From an uncultured OCS116 cluster bacterium (GTDB taxonomy: Bacteria > Pseudomonadota > Alphaproteobacteria > Rhizobiales > TMED25): a stretch of DNA of 64,000 nucleotides. A program made the position numbers and the translations under genes. The stretch is taken from NCBI GenBank assembly GCA_902633855.1, contig CACPHU010000004.1, positions 17,479 through 81,478 on the forward strand, given 5' to 3'. Of the stretch, positions 1-10,274 are shown one piece after another (position 1 is the stretch's first letter; every line of letters begins with the position of its first letter). The notes below the pieces were generated by a model. It was not told where the DNA came from, made no database searches, and was given only the letters and a program-made list of their open reading frames with translations.

Positions 1-926
1 CAACAAACTCAAAAGAAGCCTTAGGCGATGGCGTAGGCATGGCAGCAAGATGTGGCGCGGTTTTATCAGACATGGAATTTGTTCAGTTTCATCCAACCGC
101 ATTTGATATTGGAATAGACCCAGCTCCATTAGCGACTGAAGCTCTTCGTGGAGAGGGTGCCAAAATAATAAATTCAAAGTATCAAAATTTTATGAACGAT
201 GCCCATCCAGAGGGGGAGCTTGCGCCTCGGGATATTGTGGCTCGAGCGATATTCACAGAGCAAAAGAAGGGTGAAAAGGTTTACTTAGATTGTAGAGGAG
301 ATTTGGGCTCAAGGATGATTGATGACTTTCCTACAGTTTATGAATTATGCAAAAAAAATAAAATAAATCCAAAAAATGATCCAATCCCAATATCGCCTGC
401 GGCTCACTATCACATGGGCGGTATCAAATCTGATAAATGTGGACGAACAAATATATCGGGTCTGTATGCTTGTGGTGAAAATGCGTGTACTGGTATTCAT
501 GGAGCAAATAGGCTTGCATCAAACTCATTGCTTGAGGCAATTGCGTTTGCTGAGATAATTTCAGGTGACATAAAAGACCAAATTAACAAATATGTTAGAG
601 GAGCGTCATATCATCCAAAAATTGTAAAAGTAAAACCACTTGATCAAAATGATTTGCTAGTACTGAGAGAAACAATGACTAAATATGTTGGCGTTGAACG
701 CGACCAAGTTGGTTTACAGCAAGCATTTGATACAGTTCGCGATATTTATCTTAAATACCAGACGCATGGCTATGATAATAATAGCTTGATAACTTCGTTG
801 CTTATTATAAAATCAGCAATGAATAGAACTGAGCAACGAGGAAGCCATTATCGTACAGATCATCCATATCAGGATAATAAATTAAATTCTCGGAGTTCTA
901 TAACCAAAGAAGATCTAAATTTATGA
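1..926 (+). CDS. nadB: L-aspartate oxidase (5'-truncated by window edge)
   Basis: EFVQFHPT, APRDIVARAI, AAHYHMGG and GIHGANRLASNSLLE motifs; frame open to window start; ATGA overlap with nadC. Confidence 0.95.
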   Translation, partial: TNSKEALGDGVGMAARCGAVLSDMEFVQFHPTAFDIGIDPAPLATEALRGEGAKIINSKYQNFMNDAHPEGELAPRDIVARAIFTEQKKGEKVYLDCRGDLGSRMIDDFPTVYELCKKNKINPKNDPIPISPAAHYHMGGIKSDKCGRTNISGLYACGENACTGIHGANRLASNSLLEAIAFAEIISGDIKDQINKYVRGASYHPKIVKVKPLDQNDLLVLRETMTKYVGVERDQVGLQQAFDTVRDIYLKYQTHGYDNNSLITSLLIIKSAMNRTEQRGSHYRTDHPYQDNKLNSRSSITKEDLNL

Positions 927-1774
927 TAGATAATATCGACATACCAAAACACATAATTAATAAAATTATTGAGAATGCGCTGGCTGAGGATCTCGGTTCC
1001 TCAGGGGATATAACCAGCAAATCTCTGTCTAATAAAAAAACAAAGATAGAGGCATCAATAAATTCAAACCAAGATGGAATCATATCCGGACTAGACATCA
1101 TTGAGTTAGTTTTTAAAAATATAGACACTAATACAAGCATTACATACCACCTTAGTGACTGCGATGAAGTAAAAAATGGGGCTGAGATTGCTCGGGTTAT
1201 CGGATACTCACATTCCATACTCGCAGCTGAAAGAGTTGCTTTAAACCTTCTGGGTCATATGTCAGGAATAGCGAGTGAGACAAATAAGTACGTCAAATCA
1301 ATTGCAAACACAAAAGCAAGAATATTATCCACTCGTAAAACAACACCAGGTCTAAGAGCCATTGAGAAGTATGCCGTTCGATGCGGAGGTGGTTATAATC
1401 ATAGATACGGTCTAGATTATGGGATATTAATTAAAGATAATCATATAAAAGCGGCTGGTGGAATTGAGAAAGCACTCGAAATTATTAAAAATAATAAACC
1501 CTATATGACAGATATTGAAGTTGAAGTTGATACTATTGAACAATTCCTCGAATGTCAGCGTCTGGATGTTCGCTACATTCTGCTTGATAACATGAGTCCT
1601 CAATATATATCAGAATGTATCAAAAATAATAAAAATGGAGCAGTTTTAGAAGCCTCAGGAGGCATTAATTTGAGTACCATCAGTGATATTGCAGAGACAG
1701 GGGTGGATTTTATCTCTGTAGGTAGACTGACTCATTCATCACCATCACTTGATTTAAGTTTACATATTTTATAA
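923..1774 (+). CDS. nadC: Nicotinate-nucleotide pyrophosphorylase (quinolinate phosphoribosyltransferase)
   Basis: TRKTTPGLR, HRYGL, LIKDNH, EVEVD, LLDNM and EASGGI motifs. Confidence 0.97.
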   Translation: MIDNIDIPKHIINKIIENALAEDLGSSGDITSKSLSNKKTKIEASINSNQDGIISGLDIIELVFKNIDTNTSITYHLSDCDEVKNGAEIARVIGYSHSILAAERVALNLLGHMSGIASETNKYVKSIANTKARILSTRKTTPGLRAIEKYAVRCGGGYNHRYGLDYGILIKDNHIKAAGGIEKALEIIKNNKPYMTDIEVEVDTIEQFLECQRLDVRYILLDNMSPQYISECIKNNKNGAVLEASGGINLSTISDIAETGVDFISVGRLTHSSPSLDLSLHIL

Positions 1775-4438
1775 TCAGGATTTTTTTACTTCAGCTTGCG
1801 CCGCCGAAAGTCTTGCGATTGGAACTCGGTATGGTGAGCATGAGACGTAGTCTAGTTTATTTAGAGCGCAAAATGCAATAGAATTTGGGTCACCGCCATG
1901 TTCTCCGCATATGCCCAATTTTATGTCTGATTTTGTTGATCTTCCCCTTTTTGATGAAAGTTCAATCAATTCACCAACACCATCGGAGTCAATTGATACA
2001 AAAGGATCTTTTTCCAATATAGATTTTTCAACATATTCCTGAAGGAATTTTGACGAGTCATCTCTACTGATGCCAAATGTTGTTTGCGTTAAGTCATTTG
2101 TTCCATAAGAGAAAAAATCGGCCGCTTCAGCAATCTCAGCAGATCTTAATGCTGCACGAGGTAATTCAATCATTGTTCCTACAGTGTAGTTTAAATTTAT
2201 ACCAGACTTAGCCATTACTTCTTTTGCTGCCCTGTCTATAACATCCTTTACTATATCAAGCTCGCGCTTGGTCGATACAAGTGGGACCATTATCTCAGGG
2301 CATATAATTTGTTTTTTTGTGCTATAAATCTCAACACTAGCTTCAAATATCGCTTTCGCCTGCATTTCTGGTATTTCAGGGTAGGTTATTGCTAATCTGC
2401 ACCCTCTGTGGCCCAGCATTGGGTTCGTTTCAATGAGGTCTGCCACTCTTTGCTTTAAGTCATCAATAGAAATATTTAATGACTCAGCAACTTCGTGAAA
2501 ATCGTTAACTTCATGAGGTAAAAATTCATGCAGTGGAGGATCTAATAAACGTATCGTTACAGGTAAATCACCCATAACTTCAAATAGTTCAACAAAATCA
2601 TTCTTTTGCATCGGTAGCAATTTTCCCAGAGCCACTCTGCGTGATGGTTCGTCCTTTGCAAGTATCATTTCTCTTACTGCATTTATTCTGCCTTCATCAA
2701 AAAACATGTGCTCGGTCCTGCATAAACCAATACCTTCCGCACCAAAATTTTTTGCAACAGTTGCGTCTGCCTTTGTTTCGGCATTAGCTCTAATTTTTAG
2801 TTTTCGTATTTGATCAGCCCATTTCATAATTTTATCGAAATCACCAGAGAGATCTGGATCTTTCATTTGTACTTCACCATCAATTATACTTCCTGTTGTA
2901 CCATCGATTGTGATGATGTCTCCAGCTCTGAAAACCTTATGGTCAACATAAAATGACTCACTATCGTAATCGATTCTTATAGATCCTGCGCCTGAAATAC
3001 AGGGTCTTCCCATTCCCCTTGCAACAACTGCCGCATGACTTGTCATGCCCCCACGTGTTGTTAGAATACCCTGCGCTGCGTGCATGCCATGGATATCTTC
3101 AGGACTTGTCTCAATACGAGTTAGAATAACTTTTTCACCATCATTTGAGGCCTTTTCTGCTTCATCAGCATTAAAGACAATTTTACCACAGGCTGCCCCC
3201 GGTGATGCCGGTAAACCTTTTGCAACCACATCAAACTGTGCCGTATCGTCAATTGTTGGGTGAAGTAACTGATCAAGACTATTTGGATCAACCCTCGTAA
3301 TAGCAATCTCCTTTGAAATAATACCCTCTTCATGCATGTCAACTGCAATTTTAATCGCGGCGTATGATGTTCTTTTCCCTGATCTTGTCTGTAATATCCA
3401 TAACTTTCCCTGTTGGATAGTGAACTCGATATCTTGCATATCAAGATAATGACTTTCTAATTTATTTGAGAGGCTAATTAGATTATCATATATATTTGGC
3501 ATTAACTTCTCAAGTGACACATCATCTGAATTTGCATTCAGCCTCGCTTCTTCTGTGATATTTTGCGGTGTCCTGATGCCCGCGACCACATCCTCTCCTT
3601 GTGCATTAATTAAAAACTCACCATAAAACTTTTTTTCTCCATTTGATGGATTCCTGGTAAAGGCAACTCCAGTTGCACTATTATCATCTAAATTTCCAAA
3701 TACCATTGCTTGTACATTCACAGCCGTACCCCAATGGTCTGGTATTTCATTTAATTTTCGGTATGTTACCGCACGATTGTTCTGCCAAGATAAAAAAACA
3801 GCAGATATTGATCCCCATAATTGTTCATTGACATCTTGCGGGAAATCCATACCTGTCACATCTTTAACTTCATCTTTGAAATTTTGAACAATTTTTTTCC
3901 AATCTGAACCATTTAGATCGGTATCCAATATATAATTATTGTCGGCTTTGTAATCCTCGAGTATATCCTCGAAATAATGATGTTCAATATTTAGCACAAC
4001 ATCTGAATACATCTGGATAAATCTTCTATACGAATCATAGGCAAACCTTTCGTCACCACTTTTTCTTGCCAATCCTTCAACGGTCTTATCATTAAGTCCT
4101 AGATTTAATACTGTATCAAGCATACCCGGCATTGATGATCTCGCTCCAGATCTTACAGAGACAAGAAGAGGGTTTTCATCAGAACCAAAATTATTTTTTA
4201 CAAGCCTTTCAATCTGAACTATTGCATCAGATACTTGGCTTGCAAGATCTTCTGGGTATTTTTTTTCATTTGCATAGAATTGGTTGCATACTTCTGTAGT
4301 GATTGTAAAACCTGGAGGCACGGGTAAACCAAGCTTTGACATCTCAGCTAGGTTTGCACCCTTACCACCAAGTAAATTAGACATATTCGAGTCTCCGTCA
4401 GTCTTTTCTTTACTAAATATATAAACCCATTTATTCAT
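1775..4438 (-). CDS. ppdK: Pyruvate, phosphate dikinase
   Basis: LLGGKGANLAEM, GGMTSHAAVVARG (phospho-His) and GIGLCRTEHMF; 887 aa; downstream of glyQS. Confidence 0.98.
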   Translation of the reverse strand: MNKWVYIFSKEKTDGDSNMSNLLGGKGANLAEMSKLGLPVPPGFTITTEVCNQFYANEKKYPEDLASQVSDAIVQIERLVKNNFGSDENPLLVSVRSGARSSMPGMLDTVLNLGLNDKTVEGLARKSGDERFAYDSYRRFIQMYSDVVLNIEHHYFEDILEDYKADNNYILDTDLNGSDWKKIVQNFKDEVKDVTGMDFPQDVNEQLWGSISAVFLSWQNNRAVTYRKLNEIPDHWGTAVNVQAMVFGNLDDNSATGVAFTRNPSNGEKKFYGEFLINAQGEDVVAGIRTPQNITEEARLNANSDDVSLEKLMPNIYDNLISLSNKLESHYLDMQDIEFTIQQGKLWILQTRSGKRTSYAAIKIAVDMHEEGIISKEIAITRVDPNSLDQLLHPTIDDTAQFDVVAKGLPASPGAACGKIVFNADEAEKASNDGEKVILTRIETSPEDIHGMHAAQGILTTRGGMTSHAAVVARGMGRPCISGAGSIRIDYDSESFYVDHKVFRAGDIITIDGTTGSIIDGEVQMKDPDLSGDFDKIMKWADQIRKLKIRANAETKADATVAKNFGAEGIGLCRTEHMFFDEGRINAVREMILAKDEPSRRVALGKLLPMQKNDFVELFEVMGDLPVTIRLLDPPLHEFLPHEVNDFHEVAESLNISIDDLKQRVADLIETNPMLGHRGCRLAITYPEIPEMQAKAIFEASVEIYSTKKQIICPEIMVPLVSTKRELDIVKDVIDRAAKEVMAKSGINLNYTVGTMIELPRAALRSAEIAEAADFFSYGTNDLTQTTFGISRDDSSKFLQEYVEKSILEKDPFVSIDSDGVGELIELSSKRGRSTKSDIKLGICGEHGGDPNSIAFCALNKLDYVSCSPYRVPIARLSAAQAEVKKS

Positions 4439-4463
4439 AGCTATTCCAAAATATTACTAAAAA

Positions 4464-6539
4464 CTATAACTCAATTTTACCTATATCAAAAATATTACTT
4501 GTTAGATCAATAACAGAATTCAAAAGAAAAAATCTGTTTGTTCGTATATTTTTGTCCTCGTCATTAACAATAATATTTTCAAAAAAATCATTTATGGGGT
4601 CTGCTAAGATAGATACATCACTCAAGTATTTTTTGATCTCTGTTATATCATTAGACTTCGACTTTTTCTTCCTTAGTTTTTCAATACCTGTGTATAAATT
4701 ATTTTCGACGTCACTTGTAAAAATCTTCTTATCAATTTCACCAAAAGTATTGTTTGATAAACTTGGATCTAGAATATTATTGATTCGTTTCAGTGCTTTA
4801 AGCAAAGATAAGCCATTGTCTGTTTTGATAAACTGACTTAATAATTGTATGCGTGATAGAGTCATATAATAATTTACAAAATCATCATCACGAGAAATAG
4901 CGTCGCAAATTCTAACATCATATTTATTATCAAGAATATAACTTCGGAATCTTTCGTTCATAAAATTAACAAGCGCTTCCCTAACTGAGCTATGTTGTTG
5001 TTTTTTTAACAAGTCTGATTTTTGTAGTATTTTTTCAATAAAATGTGCAAAATCAAAATCAAGCTTATTTTCAATAATATTCCGAATTAAGCCATTACCT
5101 GCTCTTCTGAGAGCATATGGATCTTTTGATCCTGTCGGCGTCTCACCAATCGACCAAAAACCAACTAAAGTATCAATTTTATCGGCAACTGAGAGGCAAA
5201 AAGAGAGGGCTTTCTTAGGAGTTTCGTCCCGTGGTGTTACTGGCATATAGTGATTTTTAATAGCATCACATACGTCTTCATCATAGCCTTGACGTTCGGC
5301 ATAATAACTTCCCATAATACCCTGTAAATCTGGAAATTCACCAACCATTTCAGATAAAAGATCATTTTTGATTAATTTTGCAGCTATTGGAATATTTTCT
5401 AGATTTAAGGCAAGAGTTTGATCAAGCTCTAGCGCAATAAGCTCAATCCTCTCAACTTTTGAACCCAAGCTTCCCAATTTCTGATGATAAGTTACACTAT
5501 CTAATAAACGCAAATTATCGATTAGCGGCTGATCTATATCCCTATCCCAAAAATATTTTGCGTCGTACAATCTTGCAGATAAAACACGCTGATTTCCTAA
5601 TATAACAGAGTTTCCCTCGTCTGATGTTTGAATATTTGAGATAAGTATAAATTTATTTGTAAGATTTTTTGTCTTTTTTTCTGCAACAGAGAAGTATTTC
5701 TGATGACTTCTCATTGATGTCTGAAGTACTTCATCTGGAAGGTTGAGAAATTTCTCGTCAAATTCAGCGCAAAGTGCTATGGGCCATTCCACGAGACCTG
5801 AAACTTCTTCTAATAGTTTTTCGTCCTTTATTACACTGATATCAAATTTTTTTTCAATTTTTGATATTTGTTCTAAGATCAATTCTCTTCTCTGCCCTTG
5901 ATCGGCTATTACAAGATTATTTGTTAGCGCTTCGAAATAATCGCTGACTCCTTTGATGTAGATTTTTTGATTTTTTAGAAAACGGTGCCCGAATGTATAG
6001 TCATTTGCTAATAGACCTTCAACATTAATTTTTAATTTATTTACAGTATTGTTCTCATAAATGATGGCCATAATATTTCTTAGAGGCCTCACCCACCGGG
6101 AATTACCATTGCCCCAACGCATCGATTTTGGCCAGGAAAACTTACGTATGATTTCTTCAATTATTGGCGGCAGTATTGTTATTGCCGTTTTTGCAGGAAC
6201 TGTCTCAATATACCCATACCGCTTACCTTTTTTATCATCCAATATATCACAATCATCTATTGATTTTATGTTATTGGATCTCAAAAAACCATTTATTGCA
6301 TTATCTGGTGAGTCAATTCTAGGACCAAGCTTTTCAACTGTCATCGCTGCAGTCTGTGATTTCATATTGGTGACTATAAGGGTTAACCTCCGCGTAGAAT
6401 AAAAAGATTGTATTTGACCAACTTCTAATCCGGCACCTTCGGTTTGTTGTCTAAATTCCCTAAGCAGGTATTCACTCGCTTGCTTTTGCATACGAGATGG
6501 GATTTCTTCAGATAAAAGCTCTAAGATAAAATCAGACAT
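4464..6539 (-). CDS. glyS: Glycine--tRNA ligase beta subunit
   Basis: MSDFILELLSEEIP start (ATG at 6539), WPKSMRWG, EFPDLQGIMG, GSKDPYALRR. Confidence 0.96.
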   Translation of the reverse strand: MSDFILELLSEEIPSRMQKQASEYLLREFRQQTEGAGLEVGQIQSFYSTRRLTLIVTNMKSQTAAMTVEKLGPRIDSPDNAINGFLRSNNIKSIDDCDILDDKKGKRYGYIETVPAKTAITILPPIIEEIIRKFSWPKSMRWGNGNSRWVRPLRNIMAIIYENNTVNKLKINVEGLLANDYTFGHRFLKNQKIYIKGVSDYFEALTNNLVIADQGQRRELILEQISKIEKKFDISVIKDEKLLEEVSGLVEWPIALCAEFDEKFLNLPDEVLQTSMRSHQKYFSVAEKKTKNLTNKFILISNIQTSDEGNSVILGNQRVLSARLYDAKYFWDRDIDQPLIDNLRLLDSVTYHQKLGSLGSKVERIELIALELDQTLALNLENIPIAAKLIKNDLLSEMVGEFPDLQGIMGSYYAERQGYDEDVCDAIKNHYMPVTPRDETPKKALSFCLSVADKIDTLVGFWSIGETPTGSKDPYALRRAGNGLIRNIIENKLDFDFAHFIEKILQKSDLLKKQQHSSVREALVNFMNERFRSYILDNKYDVRICDAISRDDDFVNYYMTLSRIQLLSQFIKTDNGLSLLKALKRINNILDPSLSNNTFGEIDKKIFTSDVENNLYTGIEKLRKKKSKSNDITEIKKYLSDVSILADPINDFFENIIVNDEDKNIRTNRFFLLNSVIDLTSNIFDIGKIEL

Positions 6540-6560
6540 TATAATTTTTACAACCCTCAA

Positions 6561-7457
6561 TCACTTTATTCGTGTCGCCATCCATGCATCGGCGGATAAC
6601 TTTGCTAAAGCTCTCACTCTTAATATGTACCCCTGTCTTTCTGTGACCGATATGGCCCCACGAGCATCAAGTATATTAAATAAATGTGATGCCTTTATAC
6701 ATTGATCATAAGCTGGAAGCGCGAGATTATTCTCTGCAAGCTTTTTACATTCAATTTCAATTTCACTGAAATGTTTCATTATCATTTCAACATTCGCGTA
6801 ATTAAAATTATATTCAGAATATTCTCTTTCTGCTTCCTTAAAAACGTCTCCATAGGATATATTATTGTCCCCTGATAACCCGTTGTAGTTTAATTCGTAG
6901 ACATTATCAACTCCTTGAACATACATCGCTAATCTTTCTAGTCCATAGGTGAGCTCACCCGTGACAGGTCTACAGTCATAACCACAGACTTGCTGAAAAT
7001 ATGTAAATTGAGATACCTCCATCCCATCACACCACACTTCCCAACCGAGACCCCACGCACCGAGAGTTGGACTCTCCCAATCATCCTCAACAAATCGTAT
7101 ATCGTGCTTACTTTTATCAATGCCAATATATTCTAAGCTATTAAGATATAAATCCTGTATATTTTCAGGTGACGGCTTCAAAACAACCTGAAATTGGTAA
7201 TAATGTTGCAGTCTATTAGGATTCTCACCAAATCGGCCATCTGTTGGCCTACGCGATGGTTGAACATAAGCAGCGTTCCAAGTGTCTTCACCAAGGGCTC
7301 TTAGTATTGTACCAGGGTGGAACGTACCGGCTCCGACCTCCATATCATAAGGCTGTAAGATCACACAGCCATTGCTTGACCAAAAATCTTGAAGCATTAA
7401 GATAAGATCTTGAAATGAATTCTTTGGGTCTCTTGTGCTTTGAATATTTTTAGGCAT
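6561..7457 (-). CDS. glyQ: Glycine--tRNA ligase alpha subunit
   Basis: [39 protein letters not shown]. Confidence 0.98.
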   Translation of the reverse strand: MPKNIQSTRDPKNSFQDLILMLQDFWSSNGCVILQPYDMEVGAGTFHPGTILRALGEDTWNAAYVQPSRRPTDGRFGENPNRLQHYYQFQVVLKPSPENIQDLYLNSLEYIGIDKSKHDIRFVEDDWESPTLGAWGLGWEVWCDGMEVSQFTYFQQVCGYDCRPVTGELTYGLERLAMYVQGVDNVYELNYNGLSGDNNISYGDVFKEAEREYSEYNFNYANVEMIMKHFSEIEIECKKLAENNLALPAYDQCIKASHLFNILDARGAISVTERQGYILRVRALAKLSADAWMATRIK

Positions 7458-7541
7458 TTTTCAGTCAATAATTCGTAATAAGTTCGTCTATATCTATATA
7501 AAAAGATTTGTAATTACCATACAATTTTTTTTTGTATTTTA

Positions 7542-8339
7542 CTAGATTTGATAAAAATAATCAGATTGCGTTAGATCAATTCGAGCCCTGCCTCTTAAAG
7601 TGTCTTCAACCCTATCGCAGAACGCGCCACTTGCTTGATGTAAAACAACTTGGCGGAGGACTCTTGTCCTCGCATTAGATCCTTTCCTAAAACTTAGAAT
7701 AAAACGTTGTACTTCACCATTCATATTTGAAATTAAAGGTAATATCGTAATACTACCAAAACCAGACAGGAGGCAAATAATACGGTTTAAATTTTCAATT
7801 TTATTAATCATGGTAATGGTACCTTTCAATTTTAATAATTGAAGAGAGTTATTTATCCACTTATCAAGATTAGATCCACCATGATATTTGGTTATGTTTT
7901 GATAATGAGATTTTGATTCATTGACAGTTTCTATATCAAAGTAAGGAGGGTTCATAAATATCGAGTCAAATTTTAGAATTTTTTCATTACCAATATTAAA
8001 TGACAAATTTTTTTTTAGTATATCGACTTGTTTTATATGGATACTACCTTCTAACTTATTTAATGCAACATTCCTAGTTGCAAGCTCTATGTTTATTGGA
8101 TCATTATCAATTCCAATGATTGTTATATCCTTAAAGTTCGATCCCAAGGCAATTGATGACGTTCCGTTACCAACGCCTACATCAAGAACTTTATAGCCTG
8201 GACCTACTGGAACAGCTGCTGATAGAAGTATTGTATCCGTATTGGATCGACCACCATCCAAAAGCTGTTCTATTATAATTTTTCCATCGAGAAATTTATC
8301 CACACTTGTGGGAAGACTAATCTTTTTTATCTTCGACAT
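7542..8339 (-). CDS. SAM-dependent methyltransferase, tRNA1(Val) A37-N6 (YfiC/TrmN6)-like
   Basis: VLDVGVGNG SAM motif, NPPYF motif; divergent from ispB as usual in alphaproteobacteria. Confidence 0.8.
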   Translation of the reverse strand: MSKIKKISLPTSVDKFLDGKIIIEQLLDGGRSNTDTILLSAAVPVGPGYKVLDVGVGNGTSSIALGSNFKDITIIGIDNDPINIELATRNVALNKLEGSIHIKQVDILKKNLSFNIGNEKILKFDSIFMNPPYFDIETVNESKSHYQNITKYHGGSNLDKWINNSLQLLKLKGTITMINKIENLNRIICLLSGFGSITILPLISNMNGEVQRFILSFRKGSNARTRVLRQVVLHQASGAFCDRVEDTLRGRARIDLTQSDYFYQI

Positions 8340-8412
8340 ACATACACAATCTAAATTTATTTATTTATATCAAAAAATAATTTATACCTTATGTAAACAA
8401 AAAAACAGATTT

Positions 8413-9405
8413 ATGGCACTGCAAAAAAAATATGGAATTGAAGAACTCATATCTCTTACAAAAAAAGATATGGGGCTTGTGAATGATCTAATTATTCAAA
8501 GAACAATATCTAATACAGATATGATTCCAAAAGTATCACAGTATCTTATTTCATCGGGGGGTAAACGCTTAAGGCCGATGCTAACCATTGCTTCAAGTAA
8601 ATTATGCGAGTGTAAAAATAATTATTATATTCCCTTGGCTGCGGGTGTTGAGTTTATGCATACTGCAACATTACTTCATGATGATGTTGTTGATGACAGT
8701 GAAATGAGGAGGGGTAAGATCGCAGCAAGAATGCTTTGGGGAAACGAGGCAAGCGTGCTTGTTGGTGATTATTTACTGGGCGAGGCATTTAAGATGATGG
8801 TTGAGGCACAATCAATAAAAGCACTAGAAGTTCTCTCGAATGCAGCTACAGTGATTGCTGAAGGCGAGGTAATGCAATTAGTTTACTCCAATCACTTAAC
8901 GATAACACCTGAAATGTACTTTCAGATTATAAATTATAAAACTGCAAAATTATTTAGTGCTGCTTCAGAAATAGGCGCAATAATTTCAGACTCCAGTAAA
9001 GAAACTGCTCAGATCTTAAGGGATTTTGGATCATATCTTGGTATTGCATTTCAATTATCAGACGATGCCCTAGATTATACCTCCACAATTGATAATATTG
9101 GAAAAGATATCGGGGATGATTTTTTTGAAGGAAAAGTCACCTACCCCATTATTGTTTCATATAAAAAATCAAACAAAGAGGAGAAAAAACTTTGGGAGAG
9201 GTTGATAAATAAAAAAAATAAAAACGCAAATGACTTTAAATCTGCTCTTGAGTTGATTGATAAAAAGAAAGGGTTTGAGAAAACACTAGCTGAGGCAAAG
9301 AAATACGGTGAAAAAGCACTGAATTGTCTAGAAAATTTCGAAAAGTCAGAGATGAAAAGCGCTTTAGAAGAGGCAGTATACTTCTCCTACACAAGAGACA
9401 GCTAG
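8413..9405 (+). CDS. ispB: Polyprenyl (octa/decaprenyl) diphosphate synthase
   Basis: GGKRLRP, LLHDDVVD and FQLSDDALD motifs; start placed at ATG 8413 because the longer ORF overlaps the divergent gene. Confidence 0.93.
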   Translation: MALQKKYGIEELISLTKKDMGLVNDLIIQRTISNTDMIPKVSQYLISSGGKRLRPMLTIASSKLCECKNNYYIPLAAGVEFMHTATLLHDDVVDDSEMRRGKIAARMLWGNEASVLVGDYLLGEAFKMMVEAQSIKALEVLSNAATVIAEGEVMQLVYSNHLTITPEMYFQIINYKTAKLFSAASEIGAIISDSSKETAQILRDFGSYLGIAFQLSDDALDYTSTIDNIGKDIGDDFFEGKVTYPIIVSYKKSNKEEKKLWERLINKKNKNANDFKSALELIDKKKGFEKTLAEAKKYGEKALNCLENFEKSEMKSALEEAVYFSYTRDS

Positions 9406-10256
9406 TTTAATAACTTCGTCTCCATAATCCAGAATTTTGGATACATTTCTTCAAATTTTTTTTTACATTTTGACATATCCTCCTGCCTTGAAAAAAAACC
9501 AAAGCATGTAGGTCCACTGCCAGTCATTCTTGCCAAAACACAACCTTCAGCTTTAGTTAGGTTGTTTATTATCTCTCCGATTATAGGGTAATCTCGAATA
9601 ATTATCTGCTGGAAGTCATTCTTCCCACTAATAATATGAGCCATTGAAGGATTAGGTAAGAAATTTTTGGTGTGCACGTCCTCTGATCCTTTGATGTTAA
9701 TCTTTTCATATAACTGTGATGTTGAAATAGGTATTTGAGGGTTCACAAGAAGACAATAGTATGTCTCAGTTAATTTTACGCTTTGAATAATTTCACCTAT
9801 ACCAGAAATGAAAGATGGCTCATTTAGTAAACAGCATGGCACATCTGCACCCACATTCCTTGCTAATGATTCGATGCTAATTTGATCGATATTTATTTTA
9901 CGATCACTAATAAGATATCTCAATAGGGCTGCAGCGTCGCATGAGCCTCCACCTAGACCAGCAGAGATTGGGATATTTTTCATCACATGGACTTTATATT
10001 GACTCAAATTTGGAAAATAATTGCAGAGGTAGCTATATAATTTAAGAATAGTATTGGATTTTGTGGAAACATTCTCATGAAAAGGGTTATCAAAGCTGAC
10101 CAATAATTTCTCAGAGGGATTTATTATTAACTCATCATGTAAGTCAAGAAAGGCCACATAACCCTGTATATCATGATAATTATCAGATCGTTTTCCAAGT
10201 ATATCCAAGGTTAGGTTAATTTTAGCATTAGCCTGCAAAACTACATCTGGTGACAT
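9402..10256 (-). CDS. ispE: 4-diphosphocytidyl-2C-methyl-D-erythritol kinase
   Basis: AKINLTL, KNIPISAGLGGGS, GADVP, RMTGSG. Confidence 0.95.
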   Translation of the reverse strand: MSPDVVLQANAKINLTLDILGKRSDNYHDIQGYVAFLDLHDELIINPSEKLLVSFDNPFHENVSTKSNTILKLYSYLCNYFPNLSQYKVHVMKNIPISAGLGGGSCDAAALLRYLISDRKINIDQISIESLARNVGADVPCCLLNEPSFISGIGEIIQSVKLTETYYCLLVNPQIPISTSQLYEKINIKGSEDVHTKNFLPNPSMAHIISGKNDFQQIIIRDYPIIGEIINNLTKAEGCVLARMTGSGPTCFGFFSRQEDMSKCKKKFEEMYPKFWIMETKLLN

Positions 10257-10274
10257 GTTTTATTGGTGGTAAAA

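Noticed and set aside
8296-8304. Perfect DnaA box TTATCCACA
   Set aside because: Single copy inside a CDS with no box cluster or origin-associated genes nearby
8242-8412. N-terminal extensions in the ORF track (ispB, mutY, atpE, thrB, groES, hisG)
   Set aside because: Over-extension to upstream alternative starts; downstream ATGs fit homologous N-termini and RBS positions better
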